Notes: a model not told the origin generated them from the letters alone. A stretch of 64,000 nt of DNA from an uncultured Acidobacteriota bacterium (GCA_963843575.1 CAWJKZ010000019.1:416001-480000); one strand, 5' to 3'; shown: positions 40,312 to 49,307, counted from the stretch's first letter. Program-made: numbers and translations.

Positions 40312-41372
40312 CCGCGACCATGCGAGGAGCATACCTGCCGGGGGACAGCACGACGACGTTGAAGGAGGTGCCCGTCCCCGAGCCGGGCCACGGTGAGGTG
40401 CTCCTGCGGATGAAGGCCTCCACGATATGCGGCTCCGACATCCGGTGCATCTACCACGAACACCTCGGCAAGGGCCCCGAAGGGTACCAGGGCGTGATCG
40501 CCGGCCACGAGCCCTGCGGCCAGATCGTGAAGACGGGGCCGGGCTGCCGGCGCTTCGGCGCCGGCGACCGCGTGATCGTCTACCACATCTCCGGCTGCGG
40601 CGTCTGCAACGACTGCCGGCGCGGCTACATGATTTCCTGCACGAGCGAGAAGTACCGGCGCGCCTACGGCTGGCAGCGCGACGGCGGCATGGCCGACTAC
40701 CTCCTCGCCGAGGAGAAAGACCTCGTCTTCCTGCCGGACGAGCTGTCCTACGCCGACGGCGCGCAGGTCGCCTGCGGCTTCGGGACCGTCTACGAGGGGC
40801 TGGTCAAGGTCGGCATCAGCGGCCAGGACGCCGTGCTCGTGACGGGCCTCGGCCCCGTCGGGCTCGCCACCGCGGCCCTCTGCCGCAAGCTCGGCTCGAA
40901 CCGCATCATCGGGATCGAGCCCGTCGAAGAGCGCCGGAAACTGGCCGCCGAACTGCTGCTCTGCGACGAGGTGCTCGCCGCCGGCCCGGACAACGTCGCG
41001 GAGGTGAGGCGGCTGACGGCCGGCCGCGGGGTCGAGCGCGCCATCGACTGCTCCGCCAACCCTGCGGCACGCGCCACAGCGATCCGGGCCACCCGCAAGT
41101 GGGGCAAGATCGTCTTCCTGGGGGAGGGCGGCAGGGTGGAGTTCGACCCGTCGCCCGACATCATCCACGATCAGAAATCCATCTACGGCTCCTGGGTCAC
41201 CTCCACGTGGCTCATGGAGGAACTCGTGGAGCGGCTCGTGCGCTGGAACCTGCACCCGGCGGACCTCGTCACCCATCGGTTCGAGCTCGGCCGGGTCGCC
41301 GACGCTTACGCGCTCATGGCGTCGGCCAGGTGCGGCAAGGTCGCGGTGTGCTTCGACGAGGAGCTGATATGA
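40308..41372 (+). CDS. Zinc-binding (sugar) alcohol dehydrogenase
   Basis: ICGSD, GHE, C..C..C..G...C and G.GPVG. ATGA-coupled to the AKR gene. Confidence 0.93.
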   Translation: MTATMRGAYLPGDSTTTLKEVPVPEPGHGEVLLRMKASTICGSDIRCIYHEHLGKGPEGYQGVIAGHEPCGQIVKTGPGCRRFGAGDRVIVYHISGCGVCNDCRRGYMISCTSEKYRRAYGWQRDGGMADYLLAEEKDLVFLPDELSYADGAQVACGFGTVYEGLVKVGISGQDAVLVTGLGPVGLATAALCRKLGSNRIIGIEPVEERRKLAAELLLCDEVLAAGPDNVAEVRRLTAGRGVERAIDCSANPAARATAIRATRKWGKIVFLGEGGRVEFDPSPDIIHDQKSIYGSWVTSTWLMEELVERLVRWNLHPADLVTHRFELGRVADAYALMASARCGKVAVCFDEELI

Positions 41373-41389
41373 AAATCTCCATTCCAGGA

Positions 41390-41478
41390 CGCGGATTTGC
41401 GCTGTGATCCGCGTCAATCCGTCAAATCCGCGAAGATCCGTGTTCCGCTTTTGTTTTTGTCTCTCCTGGCCGGTCAAG
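41390..41478. repeat. ~9-nt periodic element, inverted copy of 15386-15458
   Basis: GATCCGCGTCAATCCGTCAAATCCGCGAAGATCCGTGTTCCGCTTTTGTT.TTGTCTCTCCTGGCCGGTCAAG. Confidence 0.8.
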
Positions 41479-42481
41479 GCCGGACAACGTCGATTACCGC
41501 CGCCTTAGCCAGGAACGACTTGCGGAGCTTGGCCACCACGGTGAAGTGCGGGTCGACGATGTTCGCGACGTCGTATTGGAGCGCGTGGCCCATCAGCAGC
41601 GACGAGCCCCTCTCGTCGAAACCGTAGTCCGCCATCAGCCACGCCTGCATCTCGGTCGTAGCGTGCTGCAGGGCCTCCAGCAGGGGTCTCGCGCTGCCCA
41701 GGACCATGATGTACTCCGAACTCTCCGCGCGCGGCCAGTTGATCGTTTTCCCCTTGATCAAGTCGACGCTGAACTCGACCTCCATGGAGGTCTCGAGCGC
41801 GTTGCCGATCGTCTCGCCGTCGCCCTGCGCGGCGTGCCCGTCGCCGACAAACAGCAGGGCGCCGGGCTCGAACACCGGGAGCATCAGGGTCACCCCGGCC
41901 GTCATGCCGTTGTAGTCCATGTTCCCGCCGAACGCGTCCGGGGTGCTGGTGGCCACCGCTTCCTTGCGGTCCGGCGCCGTCGCCACACAGCCCAGCATCG
42001 GCCTGAGCGGGATCTCGATCCGGCCGGGGCGGAAGCCGGCGGATTCGAGGTAGGCGATCCCCTTCTTCTTGTCTATCGTCCAGGTCTGGTCCTGCTGCTC
42101 CCGCAAGGCGGTCGAGCGGAGGAAAGCCGGGTCGACGGCATAGGGCGCGAGCAGGCTGCCGGACCAGGCGGTGTCCCTGTTCGGCTCGATCCTATCGAAC
42201 CGGACGACCAGCACGTCTCCGCGCGCGGCGCCCTCGACGAAAAAGGGCCCCGTCTGCGGATTCGGCCGCTCGGCGATTTTCTTGCCCTGGGCATCGAATC
42301 CCCAGGCATCGACGGTCCGGGTGATCACCCTGTCTCCGGCCTTGATGCGCAGCACCGGCCGGTGCGCCCCGGAAAAGGTGTTGTGGTACTCCTTCGGGTC
42401 GAAGCGGTGCGTTTCGGCCTGGGCGAGCAGCGGGACCGCGAGCAGCACGGCGGCGATGGCTGCGATCGATGTGAGCGTCAC
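41474..42481 (-). CDS. Acetamidase/formamidase family protein
   Basis: TGPF.VEGA..GD.L, GGNMD, GD.HA.QGDGE..G.ALE. Confidence 0.92.
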   Translation of the reverse strand: MTLTSIAAIAAVLLAVPLLAQAETHRFDPKEYHNTFSGAHRPVLRIKAGDRVITRTVDAWGFDAQGKKIAERPNPQTGPFFVEGAARGDVLVVRFDRIEPNRDTAWSGSLLAPYAVDPAFLRSTALREQQDQTWTIDKKKGIAYLESAGFRPGRIEIPLRPMLGCVATAPDRKEAVATSTPDAFGGNMDYNGMTAGVTLMLPVFEPGALLFVGDGHAAQGDGETIGNALETSMEVEFSVDLIKGKTINWPRAESSEYIMVLGSARPLLEALQHATTEMQAWLMADYGFDERGSSLLMGHALQYDVANIVDPHFTVVAKLRKSFLAKAAVIDVVRP

Positions 42482-42554
42482 GTGGAACCTCCCTTATAAC
42501 GTGTGTCAGTGTGCGCCAGTGAGCCGCGTCGAGCCGACGCGGCCCCCCCCCAGA

Positions 42555-43367
42555 TCACAGGTCACGGCGGGCGAGCTGGAGCGCTCCCACGGCGATCCCG
42601 GCAACCGCCGCGCAGGCCAGGATGAGCAGGTCGCGCGCGGGCGGAGCCGCGCCCGCGATGATGGACGCCGTCGTGTAGTAGTGGAAGGGCGACAGCCACG
42701 CGACGCGGCTCGCCGGCCGCCACACCCCGGCCAGGTAGTCCACGACATAGCTCGAGAACGCCAGGAGGCCGGCGATCAGGGCGGGCGTGCTGCGCCGGCG
42801 CGCGAACGAGGTCAGCGCGAAGGCGACGGCTCCCCAGCAGAACACGAGGACGGCGAGGTTCGACGCCAGCCGGCAGGCGGTCGTGAAAATCTGGCCGGCG
42901 TCGTCGCGGGCCAGCCAGTAGGCCCCCACCAGCGTGCCTGCCAGCATCGCGCCGATCAGCACGACGGTGCAGCCGGCCAGCAGGGCGGCCGTGCGCAGCG
43001 TCAGCGACAAGCGCGTGACCGGGTGGGCCAGCACGAGGTCCAGGAAGCCGCTTTCGATTTCCGAGGCGGCCTCGGTGGCGACCGCCACCGCGACCCCGAC
43101 GAGCACCGCGACGACCGCCATGTGGAAGTACCCGATCGATATCACCCCCGCAAACGACATGACCGAGATCGCCGCAGGGCCCAACGCCTGGCGCACGAAG
43201 TCCGGCATCAGGGTCGCTATCCGGCCGAACAGGTCGGATTCCTGGATGGCCTTGGCCGCGAGCGCCAGCAGCAGCTGAAAGCCGGCGAGCACCGCGCCGA
43301 ACGCCAGCACCAGGGGGCGGAAGCGCCGGGCCGAGTGCGCCAGGAGCGCGAGGGTGCGGCTCAGCAT
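42555..43367 (-). CDS. ABC-2 type permease
   Basis: Six TM segments, EIE.G.LDLVLA.PV.R and LSPFHYY. Confidence 0.85.
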   Translation of the reverse strand: MLSRTLALLAHSARRFRPLVLAFGAVLAGFQLLLALAAKAIQESDLFGRIATLMPDFVRQALGPAAISVMSFAGVISIGYFHMAVVAVLVGVAVAVATEAASEIESGFLDLVLAHPVTRLSLTLRTAALLAGCTVVLIGAMLAGTLVGAYWLARDDAGQIFTTACRLASNLAVLVFCWGAVAFALTSFARRRSTPALIAGLLAFSSYVVDYLAGVWRPASRVAWLSPFHYYTTASIIAGAAPPARDLLILACAAVAGIAVGALQLARRDL

Positions 43368-44302
43368 GAGCCCTCCCGGTAGTAGCGCATGACGACGTCC
43401 TCCAGGCGCGGCTCGGAGACTTCCAGGTCGGCCACCGGGAGCCCGGCCAGGCGCCCGACCAGCGCGCCCATCGGGCCCGCGACCTGCAGCGACCAGGAGC
43501 GCGGCTCGACCCCGACGATCCGGTAGCCGGAAGGTAGGTCTCCCGGACCCCCGGGAACCTCCGCCGCGAAGCGCACCCGCACGGACCGGGGCGCCAGCGA
43601 ACGCAGATGGTCCACCGTGGAGAGAAGAGCCAGCGACCCGTTGCGGATGAGGGCGACCCGGCCGCACACGCGCTCGACCTCCGAGAGCACGTGCGAGGAG
43701 AGAAAGACCGTCCTGCCTCGGGCCTTGAGCCCCGACAGGATCTCGTAGAAGGACTCCTGCACCAAAGGGTCCAGCCCCTCGGTGGGCTCGTCCAGGACCA
43801 GGAGCGAGGGATCGGACTGCAGCGCCTGCAGCAGCCCGAGCTTGCGCTTCATCCCGGAGCTGTAGTCGCGCAGCCTCCGTTTCAGGTCCGCGTCGGGGAG
43901 CGCCAGGCGGGACTGGAGCTCCGCACGATAGCCGGGGCGGACGGGGCTGCCGGCGAGCCGGGCCGCGAGCTCGAGCACGCGCCGGCCCGTCATGTCCCCG
44001 TACAGCCGCTGTTCGCCCGGCAGATAGCCGATTTGTGCCCGGACCTCGCGGCCGTGGCGCCGGCAATCCAGCCCGAACACGGCGGCGCTGCCGGAGCTGG
44101 GCCGCACGAGGTCCAGCAGGATCCGGATCGTGGTAGTCTTCCCAGCCCCGTTCAGCCCCAGAAACCCAAACACCTCCCCCGCCGGCACCTCAAACGACAA
44201 CCCGGCCAACGCGACGACCCGCCCATACCTCTTCCCCACCCCCCTCACCGCAATAGAGGGGACGGACCCGGATAAACTGTTTGTTTCTAGCAGCTTACTC
44301 AA
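43361..44302 (-). CDS. ABC transporter ATP-binding protein (start uncertain: TTG 44302 inside element copy 6, or GTG 44248)
   Basis: GLNGAGKTT, YSSGMKRK, LDEPTEGLDP and FLSSH. Confidence 0.92.
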   Translation of the reverse strand: MSKLLETNSLSGSVPSIAVRGVGKRYGRVVALAGLSFEVPAGEVFGFLGLNGAGKTTTIRILLDLVRPSSGSAAVFGLDCRRHGREVRAQIGYLPGEQRLYGDMTGRRVLELAARLAGSPVRPGYRAELQSRLALPDADLKRRLRDYSSGMKRKLGLLQALQSDPSLLVLDEPTEGLDPLVQESFYEILSGLKARGRTVFLSSHVLSEVERVCGRVALIRNGSLALLSTVDHLRSLAPRSVRVRFAAEVPGGPGDLPSGYRIVGVEPRSWSLQVAGPMGALVGRLAGLPVADLEVSEPRLEDVVMRYYREGSC

Positions 44303-44362
44303 ATTTTCGCCCTCGGAGGGGCTTATTTGCGATTTTGGGCCCTCTGTTCTGCAATTAAGGGC
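44258..44362 (+). repeat. ~105-bp GGGGACGGACC/CTTATTT element, copy 6
   Basis: GGGGACGGACCCGGATAAACTGTTTG..GGGGCTTATTTGCGATTTTGGGCCCTCTGTTCTGCAATTAAGGGC. Confidence 0.8.
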
Positions 44363-44407
44363 TTGGGAAGCCCAAGCCCTTTTTCCCTCTCTGGGGCTGC
44401 GAACCGA

Positions 44408-45742
44408 TCAGGCTGCGGGAGCGGTGGGGACCACTTCCTGTCTGCGGGGGTCCCAGTAGAGGACGCGGCCTTCGCGGTACGCCTGGACGGACATGGAGAT
44501 GGTGACCTGGACGTGGAAGGCGGTTTCGACGTCCAGGGTCGGTTTCCCGCGCGACCGCATGCAGTCCAGGAAATTCGACATGTGCCAGATATCGACCTTC
44601 TCCAGCGTGTCTTCGACGGGGACTACGGTCTCCGTGCTCCCGAATTTCGCTTTGTAGGCGTCGTCGATGGCTTCGACTTCCGGGGCGAGGGTGATGTGGT
44701 GGTTGGGGGCGTCCTCAAACATGCCGCCGTCGACCATGATGATGGTCCCGAGCCGGCCGCGGATCATGCCGGGGATGTGGCGCGAGTTGACCATAGTGGA
44801 GCTGAGGACGAGCGAGTGTTTGCCGGGGAACTCGGCCAGGACGTTGAAGGTGTCCGGCACCTCGCGCTTCTCCTCGGAGGCCGGGCCGCCGTAGATCCCG
44901 CCGCTCGACACGACCCTCGACGGGAATTCGGGATTGGGCCAGCAGATGTTGAGCGGGGCGACGACGTGGAAGAACAGGTCGGTGGCGATGCCGCCGGAGT
45001 AGTCCCAGTACTTGCGGAACCGGAAGAAGCGGTCGGCGTCGTAGGGGCGCTTGGTTGCGGGGCCCAGCCAGACGTCCCAGTCGATGTGGTCGTCCCCCTT
45101 CGCATCCGGGCCCGCATTAGGGTCGATGCGGTAGTTCCACTCGCCGCGCGGCGAGTTGCGGTGGTAGGAGCCCTGGCTCATGACGATGGGCCCGATCGCC
45201 CCGTCGGCGATGTACTTGTGGGTCAAGTGCCAATGGGTGGCCGAAGTGGTCTGGGAGCCGACCTGGATCACGCGCTTCAGCTCCTTCGCCTTCGCCACGA
45301 CCTGTTTGGCTTCCGCGATGGTGTGGGTCATGGGTTTCTCGAGGTACACGTCCTTGCCCCGTTCCATGGCCTCGATGGCGATGCGGGCGTGCCAGTGGTC
45401 GGGGGTGGCCACGACCACGGCGTCGATGTCGGGACGGGCGAGCACCTCGCGGTAGTCCGTGTAGGAGTCGCACTTGTACTGTTCGGCGTACCTTCTCTTG
45501 CGCCTCTCGTACACGTCGCAGACGGCCACGAGCTTCGCGCGGGAAGGCTCGCTGACCTTGACGACCGTGCCGGTATTGAACGAACCGCGCATGCCGAGGC
45601 CGATCACGGCGACGTTGATCCGGTCGTTGGCGCCGATAACCCTGCCCTGCGACACGGCCGACTGCGCCCTGGGCTTGCCGGCCGCGACGCCGGCCGTCAG
45701 GCCGACCGCAGCCGCGCCCTTCAAGAAATCTCTCCTCTTCAT
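44408..45742 (-). CDS. Tat-exported Gfo/Idh/MocA oxidoreductase
   Basis: KRRDFL, GANDRIN...IG.G.RG, ATPDHWH and DVYLEKP. Confidence 0.93.
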   Translation of the reverse strand: MKRRDFLKGAAAVGLTAGVAAGKPRAQSAVSQGRVIGANDRINVAVIGLGMRGSFNTGTVVKVSEPSRAKLVAVCDVYERRKRRYAEQYKCDSYTDYREVLARPDIDAVVVATPDHWHARIAIEAMERGKDVYLEKPMTHTIAEAKQVVAKAKELKRVIQVGSQTTSATHWHLTHKYIADGAIGPIVMSQGSYHRNSPRGEWNYRIDPNAGPDAKGDDHIDWDVWLGPATKRPYDADRFFRFRKYWDYSGGIATDLFFHVVAPLNICWPNPEFPSRVVSSGGIYGGPASEEKREVPDTFNVLAEFPGKHSLVLSSTMVNSRHIPGMIRGRLGTIIMVDGGMFEDAPNHHITLAPEVEAIDDAYKAKFGSTETVVPVEDTLEKVDIWHMSNFLDCMRSRGKPTLDVETAFHVQVTISMSVQAYREGRVLYWDPRRQEVVPTAPAA

Positions 45743-45755
45743 CTGCACTCCTTTC

Positions 45756-45863
45756 GGGGACGGACCCGGAAAAGCTGTTTACTCTCTTTTAATTGCAGTC
45801 ATTTTAGCCCCCGGGAAGGGCCTTATTTCGCGTTTTTGGGGCACTTTTTTCGAAATAAGGCCC
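45756..45863 (+). repeat. ~105-bp GGGGACGGACC/CTTATTT element, copy 7
   Basis: GGGGACGGACCCGGAAAAGCTGTTT..GGGCCTTATTTCG-CGTTTTTGGGGCACTTTTTT-CGAAATAAGGCCC, with a perfect 13-bp inverted repeat. Confidence 0.82.
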
Positions 45864-45983
45864 TGCTCGCCCGACGGGCGCCCGGGAGCATTCTACTTGC
45901 GTACGGGATCTGCGACTTCGAGATTCTTTGTTCCACCAAAGCCTACCGCCAAGGCTCGAAGGACTCGAAGTGTCTCGAAGATT

Positions 45984-47039
45984 CTACCTCCCGAGTTCGA
46001 CGTGAACGGGACCCTGGGCAGGCCAAGTCCTCGGATCCGATTGCCAGAGGACCTCGCCGTCACTCCCCAGGAAAAAGACCGTTTCCCACTCCTCCGGATA
46101 GAACCCTGCGGCTCGGATCATCCCGTCCTTGTCGGATCCGGGATCGGGGGATTGCGAGTTCCTTCCGAAGACTGCCCCGGAACAGGACCCGCAAGGGCAT
46201 CCGGCCAGGCTGCCCATGAGCCGCTGCCCCTGGACCGGTCTCCCGCGTTCAGTGACCCGAATCTCCAGCGGTCTTTCCCGAAGCCGGCGCATCCTCAACG
46301 TGGTCTCCTCCGACGTGAGATACATGATCAGCCGCGGGAGGTCGGGGGTGACATTGAGCGAACCGTCGGGTTTGACGGGAAACCAGGGCGGCTTCTGAAA
46401 CGTGAGCGCGTACTCGACATCCGCATCAGCGACCGGCACCCGCCCGCTCCGGTCCGACGTGGCTTCGCCCAGGGGATCGGCTCCGGAGAGGGTGCCGCAG
46501 TGGTTCCACTCCGACCAGAACATGTAGCTCGACACCCTCACACCCTCGACCGGGTCTCCGGCCTCGTCCAGGAGGCGCAAGGTGCGGCCGACCGGTTTGC
46601 GGAAGACGAGGTCGACCGAAGCGCTGTCGCCGGTCCCGACCGTCACGGCCGCGCCGCGCGGGAAACGGATTTTCGCGGCGGTCACCGCGCCCTTTCCGGC
46701 GCCGTTCCACCCGGCGGGATCCGATCGAATCGCCGCGTAGCCGGGCGCCTGGAGATAGACATAGAAGCGATCGACGTCGTTGCCCCGTTCGGGCCAGCGC
46801 GATCTGAGCCACTCGGCGTCGAGCGGCAGGGTGAGGGACGTGCGGTTCCCGCCCAGCTCGACGCGCCTGACGTCCCCCCAGGCCACCAGGAGCAGTTCCG
46901 CCTTCGAGATCGTCACGGGCGCACCGGTCCCGTCGCGAAAGGCAATGCGGAGCTCGGTCGCGGCGTATGCCGGTCCCCCGGGGGAATCGCCAGCCCCCCC
47001 GCTCAGCAGCATTGCACCCAGCAGGAGTGTGCTTTTCAT
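45984..47039 (-). CDS. Secreted hypothetical protein with beta-sandwich (carboxypeptidase-regulatory-like) repeats
   Basis: Signal peptide MKSTLLLGAM and repeated L.D..G.PV.G / SD..G motifs. Confidence 0.65.
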   Translation of the reverse strand: MKSTLLLGAMLLSGGAGDSPGGPAYAATELRIAFRDGTGAPVTISKAELLLVAWGDVRRVELGGNRTSLTLPLDAEWLRSRWPERGNDVDRFYVYLQAPGYAAIRSDPAGWNGAGKGAVTAAKIRFPRGAAVTVGTGDSASVDLVFRKPVGRTLRLLDEAGDPVEGVRVSSYMFWSEWNHCGTLSGADPLGEATSDRSGRVPVADADVEYALTFQKPPWFPVKPDGSLNVTPDLPRLIMYLTSEETTLRMRRLRERPLEIRVTERGRPVQGQRLMGSLAGCPCGSCSGAVFGRNSQSPDPGSDKDGMIRAAGFYPEEWETVFFLGSDGEVLWQSDPRTWPAQGPVHVELGR

Positions 47040-47086
47040 GGTCTGACGGCAGCGGCGCCGAGCCGCCGCACTGCACATTGAACAGC

Positions 47087-47659
47087 TCACCGCGTCTGGG
47101 ACTTCGCCCGGTCCACGTACCGGAGCGCGGCCGCGTCCAGCCGTATGACGTCGCCCGGCTTGATGAACTGCGGGACCATCACGTCGATGCCGTTGAAGAG
47201 CCGGGCCGTTTTCCAGGTATTGTCCTGCTGGCCGTGCGCGGGGGGTGCGGTCTCCGACACTGCGATTTCGATGATGTCGGGGAAGACGACGCTGACGGGC
47301 TCCCCTTCGACGAACTCCACCGGCAGCTGCATCCCGGCCTGCAGGAACGGGGCCTGCGGCCCGACGACGGGGTTGGGGACCGCGACCTGCTCGAAGGTGA
47401 CCGGGTTCATGAACACGGCCTGCTCGGCGTCGGAGTAGAGGTATTCGAGCGCCTGCTTCTCGACCGGCACGGTCTCGAGTTTGAGCTCGGCCCGGAAACT
47501 CTGTTCGCGAAATGTGCCGGTGGCGAGATTCTTCAGCCGGACGTGGGCGACCCCGCCCATTTTCCCCTGGCCCGGATGATAGTCGCTGCTGACGATCTTG
47601 TAGGTCTGATTCTCGAATCGGACGGCCATGCCCGGGCGCAGTTGAGATGCGGTGATCAT
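47087..47659 (-). CDS. efp: Elongation factor P family protein (divergent loop)
   Basis: LRPG, RLKNL.TG, YLY.D....FMNP.TFEQ, ET.P, K.A.L.NG..V.VPQFI..GD.I..D....Y..R. Confidence 0.88.
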   Translation of the reverse strand: MITASQLRPGMAVRFENQTYKIVSSDYHPGQGKMGGVAHVRLKNLATGTFREQSFRAELKLETVPVEKQALEYLYSDAEQAVFMNPVTFEQVAVPNPVVGPQAPFLQAGMQLPVEFVEGEPVSVVFPDIIEIAVSETAPPAHGQQDNTWKTARLFNGIDVMVPQFIKPGDVIRLDAAALRYVDRAKSQTR

Positions 47660-47784
47660 GGGACACCTCGCTTGCAGATACACTCTACTATAGCAGACGG
47701 CGAAGACTGGGAAGACTGGGACCGCGTCGAGCCGCCGCGGCCCACTTGGTGTATACTCGCGCAAACAATTCGCCGAGAGGAAAT

Positions 47785-48894
47785 ATGCAAACTAGACAGT
47801 TGCTGCGCAGGGTTTCCGCGTCGTTGGCCGTCGTCGTGGCGGCGGCGTTTCTGCTCGTGCTCGCCTTTGCGGCCGGTCCGTCCGAGCAGGCGCTGAACCT
47901 GGCTCACCCGAAAGTGAAGGGCGCGGTCGCCGTCCAGGAGGCGGTCACCCCGGGCCTGATGTCTTCGATGCAGGACGTGCTCGGGACGGCCGTCGCCGTG
48001 GACGACGACGGCGAGGTGGCGATCGTCGTCTACGTCAACCTGGAAGGGAAGAACCCCGCGAAGACCGTGCGCGACCTGCCCACGAGCATCGCGGGCGCCC
48101 GCGTCTCGGTCGAGGTCACCGAACCGTTTCGCGCAATGGCGGGCAAGCCGGGCGGCGGGTCCGTGTCGCACACGGCGAAACAGACCACGCCGATCCAGCT
48201 CGGCACCTCCGGCGGCTGGCGCTACGACCTCGCCAACGGCTACTGCTGCGGCGGGACCCTCGGGGCACTCGTGAAGATAGGGACTACTCAATACATACTC
48301 AGCAACTACCACGTGTTCCGCTCGGATATCGTCTCCGGCGGCAACGGCCGCGTCGCGACCAACGGGGACCCCGTCACCCAACCGGGCCTGATCGACGTCA
48401 ACTGCAATGCCGCCAACGCGCAGAATGTAGCTACGCTCGCCGGAAGCGCGTCGCTGCCAGGCAGCAACGTCGACGCGGCGATCGCGCAGGTGATCTCCGG
48501 CATGGTCCACACCGACGGCGCCATCCTGGAAATCGGTCCAATCTCGGCCTCCACCGTGGGTGCGTCGCTCAACCAAGCGGTGAAGAAGAGCGGCAGGACC
48601 ACCGGGCTGACCCGAAGCAAGGTGAGCGGTCTGAACGCCACGGTCAGCGTGGCCTACGACAACGAGTGCGCCGGGGGGGCCGCGTTCACCAAGACCTTCA
48701 CCGGCCAGATCGTGATCTCCAACAAGGGGAGCCGGTTCCTGAATTCCGGGGACTCGGGCTCCCTGATGGTCGAAGACGTCGCCACGAACCCCAGGGCCGT
48801 GGGATTGTTGTTCGCGGGCAGCAGCAGCACCGCCATCGCCAACCCGATCGGCCAGGTGCTCAGTTTCCTCGGCGCCACCATGGTGGGCAATTAG
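47785..48894 (+). CDS. Secreted trypsin-like (Nal1-like) serine protease
   Basis: GTLG, ILSNYHV (His), DAA (Asp), K.GRTTG.T, GDSGS (Ser) and VGLLFAG. Confidence 0.85.
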   Translation: MQTRQLLRRVSASLAVVVAAAFLLVLAFAAGPSEQALNLAHPKVKGAVAVQEAVTPGLMSSMQDVLGTAVAVDDDGEVAIVVYVNLEGKNPAKTVRDLPTSIAGARVSVEVTEPFRAMAGKPGGGSVSHTAKQTTPIQLGTSGGWRYDLANGYCCGGTLGALVKIGTTQYILSNYHVFRSDIVSGGNGRVATNGDPVTQPGLIDVNCNAANAQNVATLAGSASLPGSNVDAAIAQVISGMVHTDGAILEIGPISASTVGASLNQAVKKSGRTTGLTRSKVSGLNATVSVAYDNECAGGAAFTKTFTGQIVISNKGSRFLNSGDSGSLMVEDVATNPRAVGLLFAGSSSTAIANPIGQVLSFLGATMVGN

Positions 48895-48901
48895 AACAAC
48901 C

Positions 48902-49225
48902 GTGGGCCGGATACTACTCATAGCGCTCCTGTTCGCCGGTTGCGGCAGGGGTCCCGGACCGGAACCGCCGCCGCAGGGGGGCGCCGTGTCGAAGCCGGAT
49001 ATCAACGCCGTCCTGAGCAGGCACGACCGGGAACTGATGGCCATCCCCGGGGTGGCGGGGGTCTACGTCGGGCTTCTGGACGACGGTGCGACGCCCTGCC
49101 TGAAGGTCATGGTGGTCCGGGACACCGGGGAGGTGCGGCGCAAGATCCCGAAACAGCTGGAAGGCTATCCCGTGGTCGTCGAGGAGACCGGCGAAATCCG
49201 CCCCATGGGGGACGTGCCGAAGTAG
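48902..49225 (+). CDS. Small lipoprotein resembling the protease prodomain
   Basis: Lipobox FAGC; [12 protein letters not shown]...KV.V....[17 protein letters not shown] parallels the N-terminal region of the upstream protease. Confidence 0.75.
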   Translation: MGRILLIALLFAGCGRGPGPEPPPQGGAVSKPDINAVLSRHDRELMAIPGVAGVYVGLLDDGATPCLKVMVVRDTGEVRRKIPKQLEGYPVVVEETGEIRPMGDVPK

Positions 49226-49231
49226 CCTTTA

Positions 49232-49307
49232 AAAAGCCAGCCACGGAAAGCACGGAGGCACACGGAAACCGAGCCGAGTTCTTCCGAGCTTTCCGTGGCT
49301 GGCTTTT
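49232..49307. terminator. CACGGA-family inverted repeat, putative terminator
   Basis: AAAAGCCAGCCACGGAAAGC ... GCTTTCCGTGGCTGGCTTTT, a 20-bp perfect IR right after the stop. Confidence 0.6.
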
